Positions 1 to 12,217 of a stretch of 64,000 bases of DNA are shown here, in pieces. The number at the start of each line of letters is the position of its first letter. Position 1 is the stretch's first letter. Under the pieces are notes generated by a model. That model was not told the origin of the DNA and searched no databases. It was given only the letters and a program-made list of their open reading frames with translations. This stretch comes from Eledone cirrhosa. Lineage: Eukaryota. Location of the stretch: contig OZ024741.1 of assembly GCA_964016885.1 (NCBI GenBank), positions 49,724,001 through 49,788,000 of the forward strand. The letters are read 5' to 3'. The position numbers were made by a program, and so were the translations under genes.

Positions 1-434
1 TGGAAAGCAAGTGTGGTTTCATGTGTGGGCAACTGGTGAACATTTCCGTTTTTGCATTTAGGCAGGTTTTTGGTGATTTAAGGTTCTGTAAAATCCAATA
101 TTTTTCACTTATGCAGAGTGTGCATCTTCTTGTTCCTCTTGCATATTCTTTAGATTGGTTCAAAATTGACCAATCCAATTTATATTGGATACCTTGGTCT
201 TTCAAATCCCATATTCTGCTAGCCAGAGCTGTTGTGAATCTTTTTTCTGGATGTCGGAAAGATGCGACATGTGAGTAATAACGCGTTTTGAATTTGTCTT
301 GTGTCATACCCACATATCGTTCGCTGGTGGCTGGTTGGTTGTTGCTGATGGTTGTCACTTTAGCCGCATATACAATGGCTTTGGTGTTGCATTTACCTTG
401 TAATGGGCATTCACTTTTGACTCTACAGGAGTCA
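1..434 (-). mobile_element. Penelope-like retroelement fragment: C-terminal GIY-YIG endonuclease coding region, 5'-truncated, runs off the window start
   Basis: Manual minus-strand translation is stop-free: SCRVKSECPLQGKCNTKAIVYAAKV...ERYVGMTQDKFKTRYYSHVASFRHPEKRFTTALASRIWDLKDQGIQYKLDWSIL...YARGTRRCTLCISEK...LNAKTEMFTSCPH. It has the VY/YVG GIY-YIG core, an R..H motif and the Cys-rich flanks typical of PLE endonucleases. Absent from the ORF track. Confidence 0.85.
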
Positions 435-448
435 AAATATATATATAT

Positions 449-900
449 ATCATCATCACTGTTTAATATCTGATTTTTCATGCTAGCATGGGTTAAATGA
501 GTTGTCCTGTTGTGAGACAAGCCAGATTAGACAACTATATCTTGCTCATACAGAACTGATTGGTTTCTCCAGCTGGATGCCCTTCCTAATGCCAACCACA
601 TTTACAGGGTAGACTGGGTGCTTTTTTGTTGTGGCACCAAAACAACCATATTTACAGTGAGTACTGGGTGCTTTTTGCCATGACACCAATATGATCACTA
701 AACAATGTAGGCTGGTTGCTTTTTGTAGTGACACCAATATGATCACTTTACAGTGTGGGCTGGGTGCTTTTTGTTGTGACACCAAAACAACCACTTTGTA
801 GTGTGGGCTGGATGCTTTTTGTCGTGACACCAAAACAACCACTTTGCAGTGTGGGCTGGGTGCTTTTTGTTGTGACACCTACACAACCACTTTACAGTGT
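449..900 (-). mobile_element. RTE-tailed repeat module (family C) with about six 48-bp internal repeats
   Basis: (CAT)n tail, CATGCTAGCATGGG, CAGCTGGATGCCCTTCCTAA motif, then repeated ACTTTACAGTGTGGGCTGGGTGCTTTTTGTTGTGACACC units. Confidence 0.8.
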
Positions 901-1208
901 AGATTCACGAGAATTTTCTGCATGAAGAACATAAAATTAAGTGCAGGCTACTGGTGAACCACGAATAATTACTAATCAAGTGTAAACATGTATGTTTATA
1001 TGTGTACATGCTTGTGAATGTGTAAAGTTAAGTTTTGGCAACACCAGAAGTTGTTGATATAAAATAATGATTTAAATGTTTAATATTTTTATGTATGCTT
1101 GTTTATAAGTAGTAATTTAATATTTATGTGTTGATCAAGTAAAGTAGTAAAATTCAAAATGTTTTTTTTTTACTGCCTTTGCTGTGTGTCGTGTCAGTTG
1201 TTATGAAG

Positions 1209-1515
1209 GTGCATGGCTTTGTGGTTAGGGTATTCAGCTCAAGATTGTAAGGTCGTGAGTTTGATTCCCGGCAACGCACTGTGTCCTTGAGCAAGACACT
1301 TTATTTCACATTGCTCCAATCCACTGAATTGGCAAAAATGAGTTGTACCTCTAATTCGAAGGGGCGGCCTTGTTACATTCTGAATCTCCCTGAGAACTAT
1401 GTTATGGTTACACATGTTTGTGGAATGCTTAGTGACTTGCACGTTAATTTCATGAAAAGGCTGTTCAGTTGATCAGATCAACTGAAACACTCATTGTTGT
1501 AACCAACAGAGTACC
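1209..1515 (+). mobile_element. tRNA-derived SINE (family A, subtype shared with 46243-46562)
   Basis: Degenerate A/B-box head, core TGTGTCCTTGAGCAAGACACTTTATTTCACATTGCTCCA; colinear with 46243-46562. Confidence 0.8.
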
Positions 1516-2624
1516 ACTACTACTGTTAAGCTTTAATTAAAAAGTTACAATGAAATCTCTTGATTATAGAAGGAATTGTCATATATTTTATGTTAAAATA
1601 ACTGTTATTGTCACATCAACAGTTATCTTTTGTGAAAGATTAAAAAAAAAATAGTAAGACAAACTTCACACCAAACATTTGTAATGTGGATTCTAACAGC
1701 TCCATCTGATGCCGATTTTAGAATTTGGGTCAAGAATTTCTTGTTTTATTCCAGCCTACGATGTAGGATCATAGAAATGAGGTCTGTTCTTGTATAAGAA
1801 ACATCTGTTATTTCTAATACTCCCTACATTAAATATGTTAACACCATCTTATGTCTATTCACATTACTTTCAAATGAATGTTTCGCTTACTTTTTAACAA
1901 TCTTTCTTTAAAACAGTCTGATGGAAAACATTGCATAGTACACTAATTAAAAAATGTTCTGCTGTACAATATAGTATTTTGATAGTATACAGCTTATAGG
2001 GGAACATGACAGATAAATAGGTTTCATGGTATATATAAAATTAATTTCACATCTTTTTTCTTTTTTTGCGTGGGGGTTAAATATACTGTATGACTAAATT
2101 GTGGAAAGTGTTTGTTATATGGTTGTGTAGGTGCAGGTATAGTTGTGTAGTTAAGAAGTCTGTTTTGCAACAGCATGGTGTTGGGTTCAGTCCCCACAAG
2201 CCACATCTTTTTGTTGTTAGGTTTATTAAGTGACAAATAACAACAAAAATTTACTGATGAAAAGATTAATACTGATGGTATTCAATTTATGTAGGAGTTG
2301 ACTGTGACTTCAAATTTTACTTCTCTAGGCTTCTTCAAACAGATTGTGTATAAATCATGAGACAGAACTTTAAGTTAGAGTCAACTTATAGATATAGAGA
2401 TGTGTCAGATCCCGACCACAGTGCCAAGTGATTTCAGCTTGTCAGGCTTGTTGACCACACAAGCTGAAGCCACTTGGAGCCATGGTCAGGATTTTACACA
2501 TCTTTATACCCACTTTACATTTCCCCATGTATCGAGTACTCACATGATTAGTGGTCTCCTCGGTCTCAGCACCAGAGACTCTATCTATATATCGATAGAT
2601 AGATATGCATCACCATTATCATTA

Positions 2625-3115
2625 CTGTTATACATATGTTTGTCCGTGGTTGCATGGGTTGGACAGGTTTTTTTCCAGTACAGCATCCCTCCACTTGTTG
2701 CAGTCACTTGTAATCTATGTGAGCTTCAGTAATTTGAGATTTGGTCTTCCTTCTACTGGGATTTCTTGGCACTTCTTCACCCAACAATCATCATCCATCT
2801 GCATCACATGTCCCTACCAGCACAGTCCTCTCCCCTGCACACACTACCTGATTATTCCTCCATCTTCTACCCAGCTTTTCTCTCAGTTCATCCATGCTTT
2901 GTTGTTCATACAAATTAACATTACTCATCTACTGAAGCATGTTCACTTCAATTCTCTTCAGCTTTCACATATCCTTTGCATTCACTACCCATTTTTCACT
3001 ACCATGCAACATCACACATCACACACAGGCATCATGCAACCGACCTTTCATTTGTAGAGAGAAATATTTTGTTGTCAAGAGAGCTAGTAAATCCCTCAAC
3101 CTTTTCTATGCTTGT
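2625..3115 (-). mobile_element. Decayed RTE-clade LINE 3' fragment
   Basis: Similar to 40378-41160 and 50209-51325 (e.g. GGCACTTCTTCACCCA, CATCACATGTCC, CACTACCATGCAACATC). Confidence 0.75.
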
Positions 3116-3299
3116 TACCATATTTATATATATATATATATATACATTTGTATGTGTGAGTGCTTATCTATATTTATAAAGAGAAATCTTGAAAAGAAAG
3201 AAATGTTCAGGAATGGCGATGCCCCAGCATGGCTTCAGCCTCTTGGCTGGAACACATAATAGAGTAATGTTACCTACCTTGTACAAATATACATAAATA

Positions 3300-4085
3300 C
3301 ATCTGTGAAAGTAGCAATTTCATGTAATAGTTGTTTGATAAATAAATAAATATATCCAGTCTATAAAACTGTTGCCCATATCACTATGTAGATGGAAGTA
3401 TTTGCTGTTTATTTCTCACAACTAATCACCTTGTTTGATATATTTTCCTGGAAATAACAGATGGTGTGAGGAGGATGGTTGCATTGTATGTCAAATTTCA
3501 GAAGAATACTGATTTTGTTCACCAGATAGAGATTTTTTATTCTACATAAAATTGAGGCTATGTAGTGAATGTGTCTTAGACATGACATTGAAACGGTCAT
3601 AAAATCAAATAATCTCCAGTATCTTGGTAGCTATGGGGGAGCAAATGATTCATTGGGTGTGTAACATGAATTTGAAGGCTAAACTGGGTTCAAGTAAGTT
3701 GAGGAAGAAATTGAATATCAAAGCATTAGATAGTTTATCGAAGGGTGGTGGCTTTTTATAATTATTCAGTTGAATAAGTTTTACAACTCTTTCTAGAGTG
3801 ATGAGGTCATTGTTATTGATGTCAAGGTTGATGTTCAGCTTAACATTCTGTTGGTTGATACTTGTAAACAAACAATCAACAAAGATGTACTAGTGCAAGA
3901 TTTTCAAAGTGGAACATAATAAAAATGAAAAGAGGCAGGTGTTTTGCATGAGCTCGAGTGATAGAGGTATGTGGCTTGCTAGTTCAGAGAAGCAGAGGTT
4001 ATTATAGTTGTGGTAGAAGAAGAAACAGTACATCTCTGTTGTCTGGTTGTTGCAGTTTGTTGATGAGTGAGTTTTTGCCAACAAG
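3300..4085 (-). pseudogene. Possible highly decayed Penelope-like reverse transcriptase relic
   Basis: Scattered minus-strand motifs in the expected order: LAKTH (cf. GLPKTHK), FVDCLFTSI (cf. FDVxSLFTNI), MGNS (cf. MGSP). Many stops and frameshifts. Confidence 0.35.
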
Positions 4086-6450
4086 TTGGAGAGCCATTTT
4101 TTAAAATCATCATTTTACATTGATTTTTCATGCTGGCATGTGATGGGATATTTATGTTTGTAGCAGCAGTACTCTCTGGATTGCACTTGTGCTTCATATG
4201 GCATCAGCAACTGAGGGCTGATGTATTTTAAGAATTGTAAGTGCATAAAGATGGTTTCATATAGTATAGAAATAAGGTTAGAAAGACATAGGGAGATATA
4301 TTTACATATGACTATATAAAATTACAATTTATAGTCAGGATAATAATGATTACTGTTATATTTATTCAATCTATGCTAATATGTAAAGATTGATGTTTTA
4401 ATAATGATGAATTATGAACATTCATGTCTATTAATGTATAGACTAATATTTACAACTGACCAAATGTTACAATACAATATTGTAATCTGGTTATGTTTGT
4501 GATGTGTTAGAAAATGTTGTACACAAAGCCTTTGTTGACTGGATTAATTAAATATTGGTTTACATGTTTCTACTCTATGCTCATAATCCTCGCAAGCTTA
4601 CCCTACTACATTAGACAGGAAACAACACCTGTATTGCCACATCAATTATGTTAGAATTTCTTCTTTGGTATATTTTCTCTGCATTTATTTTTATCCTTTT
4701 CATGCCAGCTTCTGTTTAATTTTGTTGTTTATATTTTTATATATTATAACCAATCTCTCTCTCTCCTTCTACCACCCTCTGTCTTTTACAAAAAAAAGTC
4801 ATAATTCATTATAATCATCATGTTATGTTTGTTTTTCTGTGCTTGCGTGTGTTGGACTGGTTTATTCCAGTGCAGTAACTCAGTACATGTAGCTCATTGG
4901 CAGTTCTCATATACTTATTATGTGAACCAGGTAACATTCTTGTGTATGTCTTATAAAAAAAAAAATGAAGACAAAATGTTTAAGTACCTTTAAATGACAA
5001 CACTCTTGTCCTTTGGGACAATAGACCAATAATTAGAATAAAGGTTCCTGGTTCAATTTCTGATCTAAGAAACATTGTGCTGACAACTCTTCTAAGGTGA
5101 GGAAATAGTATGAAAATCAGAAACCCCAAAACATCATACTTTTCTTCCTTCTCATTCTCATATAGCAGAGAGGGCTCTTTAGTTGAAACAATAACTGACA
5201 AACTCTCTAGTGTCATGAAAAATGCACCCAGTACATCCTGTAATGTGGTTGGCAATATGAAGGACACCCAGCTGTAAAAATCATGCCAGAAAGGGTCAAG
5301 ATGACTTTTCAGTTGTTAACAGCATGACATCCTCTCTAGTGTTGGTGATCTATACATCTCTGTAAAGTGGTTGATGAATGGCAGGGCATCGAATCATAGA
5401 ATGCCTGCCAAACAATAGCTTGATGTCAGCCTTCCTCTCTCATTCAGCAATACTCCACTCATCCACCGAACCATTCTCATTTCTACTCTGCCCAGCTTTC
5501 TGAGGTCAAATCATGGTGATATCATTGGTCATTGTGTACATATATACACACACGTGCAGATACCCCCTCTTGCCACATATATATATACACATCAAACGCC
5601 ATTATTAATATACCTTTACACTGTAAATGTGGTTGGCATTAGGAAGGGCAAACCAAGCCAGAGCCAGTTCTGTCTAAGCAAGACACAATCATGTGATCTA
5701 ACTTGTCTCACAATGGGACAACACATCTAACCCATGGTAGTATGGGGAAAATTTGACGTTAAATGATGATGATGATATATAAACTTATACACATATACAT
5801 ACATGTGCCTAATACACATGTACACCACCACCCCCACATTTACCAACTAGTGTCACTAAAGTAGAGAAATGCAAGCTTGTGTTTTGAATTTCAGATACTC
5901 ATTATTATTTTTTTCATCTGAGCAATGTAAAATAAAATTCTTTGCTCAAGAACACAGCTTGCCACTAGAAATCGAACTCATGACCTTACAATCATTAACC
6001 AAACACCTTAACCATTAAGCCATGTAGCTACACACTCATCACACACTAGTTTAGAATAGGTACATCATAAAAAGTGATTAAAGCATAGGAAAGTGGATGT
6101 AAAAATGATGAAAATATATTGGGACAACCTATAAATAACACAGCTTTTTATACTTCTATTTTCAAAAATTAAGATAAATTGCACTTTTCAAAGCTTGCAC
6201 TAAAAATGAGGACAAGATGAATTTAATACCTGCTTTTATAGCAAGTTTATGCATGTGTTTATCCTCATCCCTCTGGCTTTTATTGCATGCAATTAAAAAA
6301 ATGTCTTATTTATGGGATTACTCTATATATATATAAAATTATTAATTAGAATATGTGTTAGTTTATCACCAACACTTTTGTATGCAGAGTAGAACACTCA
6401 ATGAAGTACACAAGTGGATCTGTTTACTCCAGAGTATAATTATAATTCAG

Positions 6451-6740
6451 AATCGTTGTTATATATATTTCAGTGATAACTGTTATGCAACAGTTAGCTA
6501 GAAGTTAAACAGAAGAACATAATGAAGAAATAAAACTTACTTCTGTTGTTTCAATTCATTGATATGCCCCGGGCTGATACTTGGTGTTGCTTTCTTTGAG
6601 AAAAGTGCATATCAATGAATTGAAACAACAGAAGTAAGTTTTATTTCTTCTTTATGTTTCTCTGTTTAACTTCTAGCTGTCTGATGAGGTTATAACTGTT
6701 GCATAATGGTTATCACCGAAATATATATAACACAGCGATT
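6451..6740. repeat. Fold-back inverted repeat (arms 6451-6567 and 6607-6740, ~39-nt loop), probably Penelope-like pseudo-LTR ends
   Basis: AAACTTACTTCTGTTGTTTCAATTCATTGATATGC is inverted as GCATATCAATGAATTGAAACAACAGAAGTAAGTTT; pairing extends to AATCG/CGATT. Confidence 0.9.
6676..6736 (+). ncRNA. Minimal type I hammerhead ribozyme motif (slightly degenerate copy)
   Basis: GCTGT-CTGATGA-GGTTATAACTGTT-gcat-AATGGTTATCACC-GAAA-TATATA-TA-(ac)-ACAGC: both catalytic core boxes, 13-bp stem II, palindromic stem III, stem I GCTGT/ACAGC. Confidence 0.7.
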
Positions 6741-7532
6741 ATAAATAAATGAAGGGAATTATAACCCATTGACTGGGTTGGGAGACCACATCTCACTCAA
6801 TATGTTTCATTTTGGGGGGATGGTTTGTACAGCTGGATGCCCTTCCTTACACCAACTACATTACATAGGGCACTGGTACATTTTTTTTCATGTCACTAGC
6901 ACTAAAGAAATGTCTGTCCTTTATATAACTAAAGTGTCTTCTCTACCCTGCTGTTACTGTTGGAATGTCAACCACTCTATGGTGTATAATAAATGCATTT
7001 TATCATCATACTAGAGAAGTCACATCAAGATCAAGTGTGAAAATAGAAAGGGTATTTGTAACTAAGGGAGAAAGAAATATATGTGGGTGAGATGAGTGAT
7101 GGGAAGGTATGGAAGGGAGAAAAGAGAGTGTGTAGAAGCTACATGTTAGTTGTTGGTAGAAGATTGATTAAATAAGAGCAGAAGTGTAAAGAGGAGAAAG
7201 ACTGATGGCCAGTTATAGAAAGCGACAGAGAGAGGACAGAGTATGGTGATTATCACTGATGTCTATCTATCTATCCTTATGGAGGGATGTCAATCTTCAA
7301 GATGCAATGGAAGCAACTCATCTAGAAAAGTATCCACTCAAAAATATAATTTATAGAGGGCACTGTGTGTTGGTTTTTGTTGTTTATTTATCTTGATAAA
7401 TATTTGGATTATCTGTCATTGGTAGATTAGCTGAAATGGTTGAGTGCCTCACTAAATTTCTGCAGCATTTTCATATTTTTACTTTAAACACTTGAGTTTA
7501 TCCTTCTGGAGTTAATAAACCAACTACTGTGA

Positions 7533-7943
7533 TTTACATTACTGTATATATGCTATTGTATTTTCACAGAAAAGGCTTTATCTAACATAATTACCTTATA
7601 TGATATTGAATCTCTGAGATTTTGATATTATTCAATTTGAGAACAATACCTTAACGTTGGTATGAGCGGCCAGTTATGACTGGTTTGAACAGAAAGAGGT
7701 GAGAAAATTCTGGCCGGTCATGGCCGGTTTAAATGCTAATGGGTTAAACTGGCTGTATCCAACCAACATTCTCTCACCTCTTTCTGTTTAAACTGGCTGT
7801 AACCAGCCACTCATACTAATGTTAAGGTATTGTTCTCAAAATAAATAATATCAAACTCTCATAGATTTGATATTATGGGAGGTAAAGCCTTTACTGTGAA
7901 AATATAATAGTAAATATAGTGTAATATAAATGTTAAAGGGTTA
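7533..7943. mobile_element. Two head-to-head copies of piggyBac-type MITE family D
   Basis: 7533-7747 is the reverse complement of family D; 7748-7943 is a forward copy ending AAATGTTAAAGGGTTA; they join at TTAA. Confidence 0.85.
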
Positions 7944-8125
7944 TTCTATTAACTATACTCCTCTCTTACCAATTGTTGGCAGTTTGCCATTGTTAGACAT
8001 GAATATCAGTAGAACTATACTTCATAGAATAAAGCTAATATCAATCATTATTATATTCATTTGTAATATATGAATATTTAGCAGTGTAAAGGGCATTCAC
8101 TGTATAAACAATCTATACCGTTATA

Positions 8126-8323
8126 CAAGGGTCAGCAGAAAAGTTCATAGGCTGATGAAGACACTCTCATGGAGTGACTAAATGAGATTTATTTTTCAAA
8201 ATAGGCCCTAGAAAGAAACAATGCAGTTATTAATAAGAAGAGTTGAAATTAAAGCATGCAAGATTTCACAGCTCTAGCATCACTTGTTCATAGTAGGCCT
8301 ATGAACTTTTCAGTCGACCTTCA
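8126..8323. mobile_element. Tc1/mariner-type MITE (family F)
   Basis: TA flanks; ~30-bp TIRs CAAGGGTCAGCAGAAAAGTTCATAGGCT / GGCCTATGAACTTTTCAGTCGACCTTCA; other copies at 26313-26492, 33447-33628, 57996-58184. Confidence 0.8.
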
Positions 8324-8493
8324 TATTAAAACCATTTCACTTATGTAAGAGAAAAAAAATGGTATAAAATATAAAGATAAGCTTTTTGTAACTTTCATTA
8401 CCAAGAAATTGTTATGACTTTAAAAACATATTTAAATCTCGCTGTATCTTATGAAAGGTATTAAACCATCCCATTTTATTAAATCTGGCTTTA

Positions 8494-8683
8494 GGGTGAT
8501 GGATTGGCAGAATCAATAGCGCTGAGCGGTATAGTTACGTTCCGTGTTCAAATCCCACCGAGGTTAGCTTTTCCTTTCATTCTTGCAAGGTCGATAAAAT
8601 AAAGTACCAGTCATGCACTGGGGTCGATTTAATCGACTTTCCCCTCCCCCCAATTGTTGGCCTTGTACCTGAATCAGAAACCA
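8494..8683 (+). mobile_element. tRNA-derived SINE (family B) with target-site duplication
   Basis: B-box GTTCAAATCCC, GTCGATAAAATAAAGTACCAG core; TSD TTATTAAATCTGGCTTTA at 8476-8493 and 8684-8701. Confidence 0.88.
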
Positions 8684-9897
8684 TTATTAAATCTGGCTTT
8701 ACAATTGCTATGATTAATATATTCTGGACAGAAGATAACAAATAACATATGTTGTAGTTATTTATTTTTATTTTTTTATTGAGAATTTACTTAGTAATTA
8801 AGTGCACAGGAATAAATATGATCATTTAATTAGATAGAGGGAAAAGACTGATTAAATTGTCATTATATACCAACTGGAATAGTAGAGAATATTATAACAT
8901 TGAAAGAGGAAACAAAATACAAAAGATAAGTAATATTTATTAAAGAGATAAAATTGTTTGATTCACTATATGTCTTTGATTGTTTTATGTTATATTTGTA
9001 TTCAAGGTCACTGCATTTTAATTTCACATTTAATAGAATTTAGTTGTGATAGAAGAAAAAGAAAAATTATTTAAAGTTAGTATTAATTTGCTTCAAAAAT
9101 CATGATTTATAGCATTTGACTAATTTTTGTTTTGTTTTTAAATATATTTTCCAATGACCCTTGGTGGTGTGACCAATGACTTGCTTAGTGTTGAGTTGAT
9201 GGGGTTTTTTTTTGGGGGGGGGGGGGGGGGGGTTCTCGCTTAGATTGTATATTTTTGTGTATCATATTTATAAGGTTCCTAGGAATAATTAATTGATTAT
9301 ATGTATCGACTGATATTTTAAATTAAAGTTAAAAATTGTGTGCTTTATTAGCAGAAATCATTATAAATATTTATTTTATTCTAATAATTTGACATTGTTT
9401 TTCAGTTTTATTTTTAAATTAATGATATTAACTTTTTGAAAATTCTCCTAATATATAGTTGCTGTCAAGATAGACATTGAAGAAATACTCATTCTAATCT
9501 TCTGGCTTAAAGATAATCTTGACATATTGTTAATATGGTGGTAGTTGTAGCTTTGTACATTTGTCTACTCTATGTAAATACAGTTTAACTGAAATAGGCA
9601 TAACGCTGTCATTTGATATTTATCCTCACCCTCACCAGTTTAAGGTCTCTGTATATGTTTTGCTTTTGATTTTCAAGTTGACATGGGTTGTATAGATCTG
9701 CAGTGCAGAGTCTCTGTTTTATTAATCAATTCATATAGTCCCCCTGTCTATATAAAGAGAACACCCTATTATCTACTAAGGAAGGTCTTTATATTTCTTT
9801 ATTTTCTCTCAAAACCTTAGACACCCTTATTTTCATTACATTTAGCAATAAACCAAAACTTTTACATTTATCAGTTTAAGAAGTTTATTACCTTTAA

Positions 9898-10105
9898 CCC
9901 TTTAGCATTTAAACTGGCCATTTTCGGCCAGAATTCTCTCACCTCTTTCTGTTCAAACCAGCCATAACTGGCTGCTCATACTGACGTTAGGGTATTATTC
10001 TCAAAATAAATAATATCAAAATGTCGAAGATTCAATATTATGTGAGCTAAAGCCTTTACTGCAAAAATAGAATAGTAAATATAGAGTAATGTAAATGCTA
10101 AGGGG
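9898..10105. mobile_element. piggyBac-type MITE (family D)
   Basis: TTAA on both sides; TIRs CCCTTTAGCATTTA / TAAATGCTAAGGGG. Confidence 0.9.
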
Positions 10106-11169
10106 TTAAGCAGTCATTACCCATCATTTGTGTGAATCTTCAGTTGCTGGCTGTAGTGGCCACTACTGTATAACTCTTGGCCACTACTGTATAACACTGA
10201 CTATATACTATTTAGATTTCTAACCTACTCCCTTCTTTTGTGCTAACCAAGGCTATTCCCCAAAACAATTTCACTTTTTTAATTTCTGTTAGTGATTACT
10301 ACATATACTTTGACCATGTTTCTTCTCTTTGGCTGAAACCTACCTTTCCAGTGAGCATTGAATTCTTTTATAATGAAGTCAGGATCTAGGATGATGAGAA
10401 GAGGGGCAAAAGAAAGCACTTTTACATTAACCCCTTGCTCAAATTCTGCCAGTCCTTGATGCCCTTCCTATCATCAACCACTTTGTAGCATGTACTGAGT
10501 ATGTTTATCATGTAGAACAGCAACACTCTGGAGGCTGTCATATCCTTTGAAAAATATTCAGCTTATCTTAGGTTCTGTGAGTTTCTCATGTCAGGATGGA
10601 TATCCAAGAATTAATATCATTGATTTAGTAAGATTTTTTAAATTACTATTGTTATTATCATTACTATCATTATTATTGCTAATATTATATATATAGTAAA
10701 ATGTAGGCTTTTAACGTGCTAAGTTTTGGGATCTGGTTTTAAATTTTGGTTGAAATTATTTTTATATGAGGGGAGAGTCATGTTCTAATATTGCCAGAAA
10801 ATATAGTAAAACTCACTGTTTGGTTGAGGTTGGTTTTCACTGCAGTATATTTTTTTTAATATTTGATCATTATAAAGGCTTTACAAAACTTCACTCCCCT
10901 CTCTTTTATAAGTCTAAGGGTCTTGTGTCTATGTAAAAAAAAATCAATATTGTTATAGAAATTTTATATAACTGAAGGCAAAACAAGTGAATAATCTTTC
11001 AATTTTTAAAAAATATTGCACGTCTGTATTCTGCCAATTTTGTTTCTTATTCTCTTTCCTGTCCATTTACCTGTCTAGCTTATACCTCTCTCTCTCTCCA
11101 CATTTTCTCTATCTCACCTTTTTGTATTCTTGCCATATTTCTATTCATGTTCTTCTCACACCTTTGTAC

Positions 11170-11755
11170 AAATATTTTCATATTTCACATTCTCTCTCTC
11201 TCTCTGTCCATATATTTTCATATCTCTCTCTCTCTCTGTCCATATATTTTCTAATTTCTTTCACTCTTTCCATATATTTTCATATTTGACACTCTCTGTC
11301 TTATCTCCATATATTTTCACTCTCTCTCTCTCTCTCTCTCCATATATTTTCATTTCTCACACTCTCTCTCGACTTCTCTCTGTCCATACATTTTCATATC
11401 TCACACACTCTCTCTCTCTCTCTCTCTCTTATATCCATATATTTTCACTCTCTCTCTCTCTTTTATGTCCATATATTTTCACTCTCTCTCTCTCTATGTC
11501 CATATATTTTTCTATATTTGTTTTTGTTGTTCTACTCTTTGATTGTGTCTTGTTTATGTTTCTACCCTTTTCCAGTTCAATTTTAAGTTTTATATATATT
11601 AAAATAATGTCTGTCACCATTATCATCGTTGTCATTAACATCATTATCATTATTGTCATCATCATTATCATCATTGTCTTGTTATTTTCATCATAATCAT
11701 CATCATCATTGTCATCATCATCATCGTTGTCATTCTTACCACCATCATCATCATC
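11170..11755. repeat. CT-rich minisatellite (CCATATATTTTCA+(CT)n units) followed by a (CAT)n/(TAT)n tract
   Basis: Repeated units visible at 11170-11515; CAT-rich tract at 11618-11755. Confidence 0.9.
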
Positions 11756-12217
11756 AATTCTGTAGAGTTGTTATTGGTCCTTCACATAAACTATACTTTC
11801 TTACATGAAAACTTTAAAGAATATTCTCTGATTAAATAAAATTATAATTTGAGTCTTTCAACAATATTCAAATTTTTGTTGCCTTGAATTCAATCAAATA
11901 GTTTTGGAACATGAATGTTAAAGAAATGTTTAGAATTCTTTATATTATGATAATATTACTTTACCAAAATATCAGATATGTCATACAATAGTGTGTGCTT
12001 TGTGTGTGGAAATATAATTCTCTGTAAGTATTTCAATGGGGGCATGCTATATTGATGTAGAATGAATGTGTGAAAGACAATATGAAATGCTTGAGGAAAA
12101 TTTCACTTATAAACTAGCTCTAATTTTTTTTTTATGTTTTCTAAATAATCATCAACAGCTTTTAATGATAACATTCTTCTAAGAGGAAGAGTATTCATTT
12201 ATAAAGTGTAAAAGGGT

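Noticed and set aside
4871-4930. Possible 60-nt exon (CAG|TGCAGT...CAG|GTAACA; CSNSVHVAHWQFSYTYYVNQ)
   Set aside because: Open only with a phase-0 end, incompatible with the phase-2 start of exon 17783; no PKD motif; would need RNA evidence.
9213-9232. Poly-G tracts (also ~26200, ~50150, ~58990) as functional G-quadruplexes
   Set aside because: Simple homopolymers of uncertain length with no supporting context.
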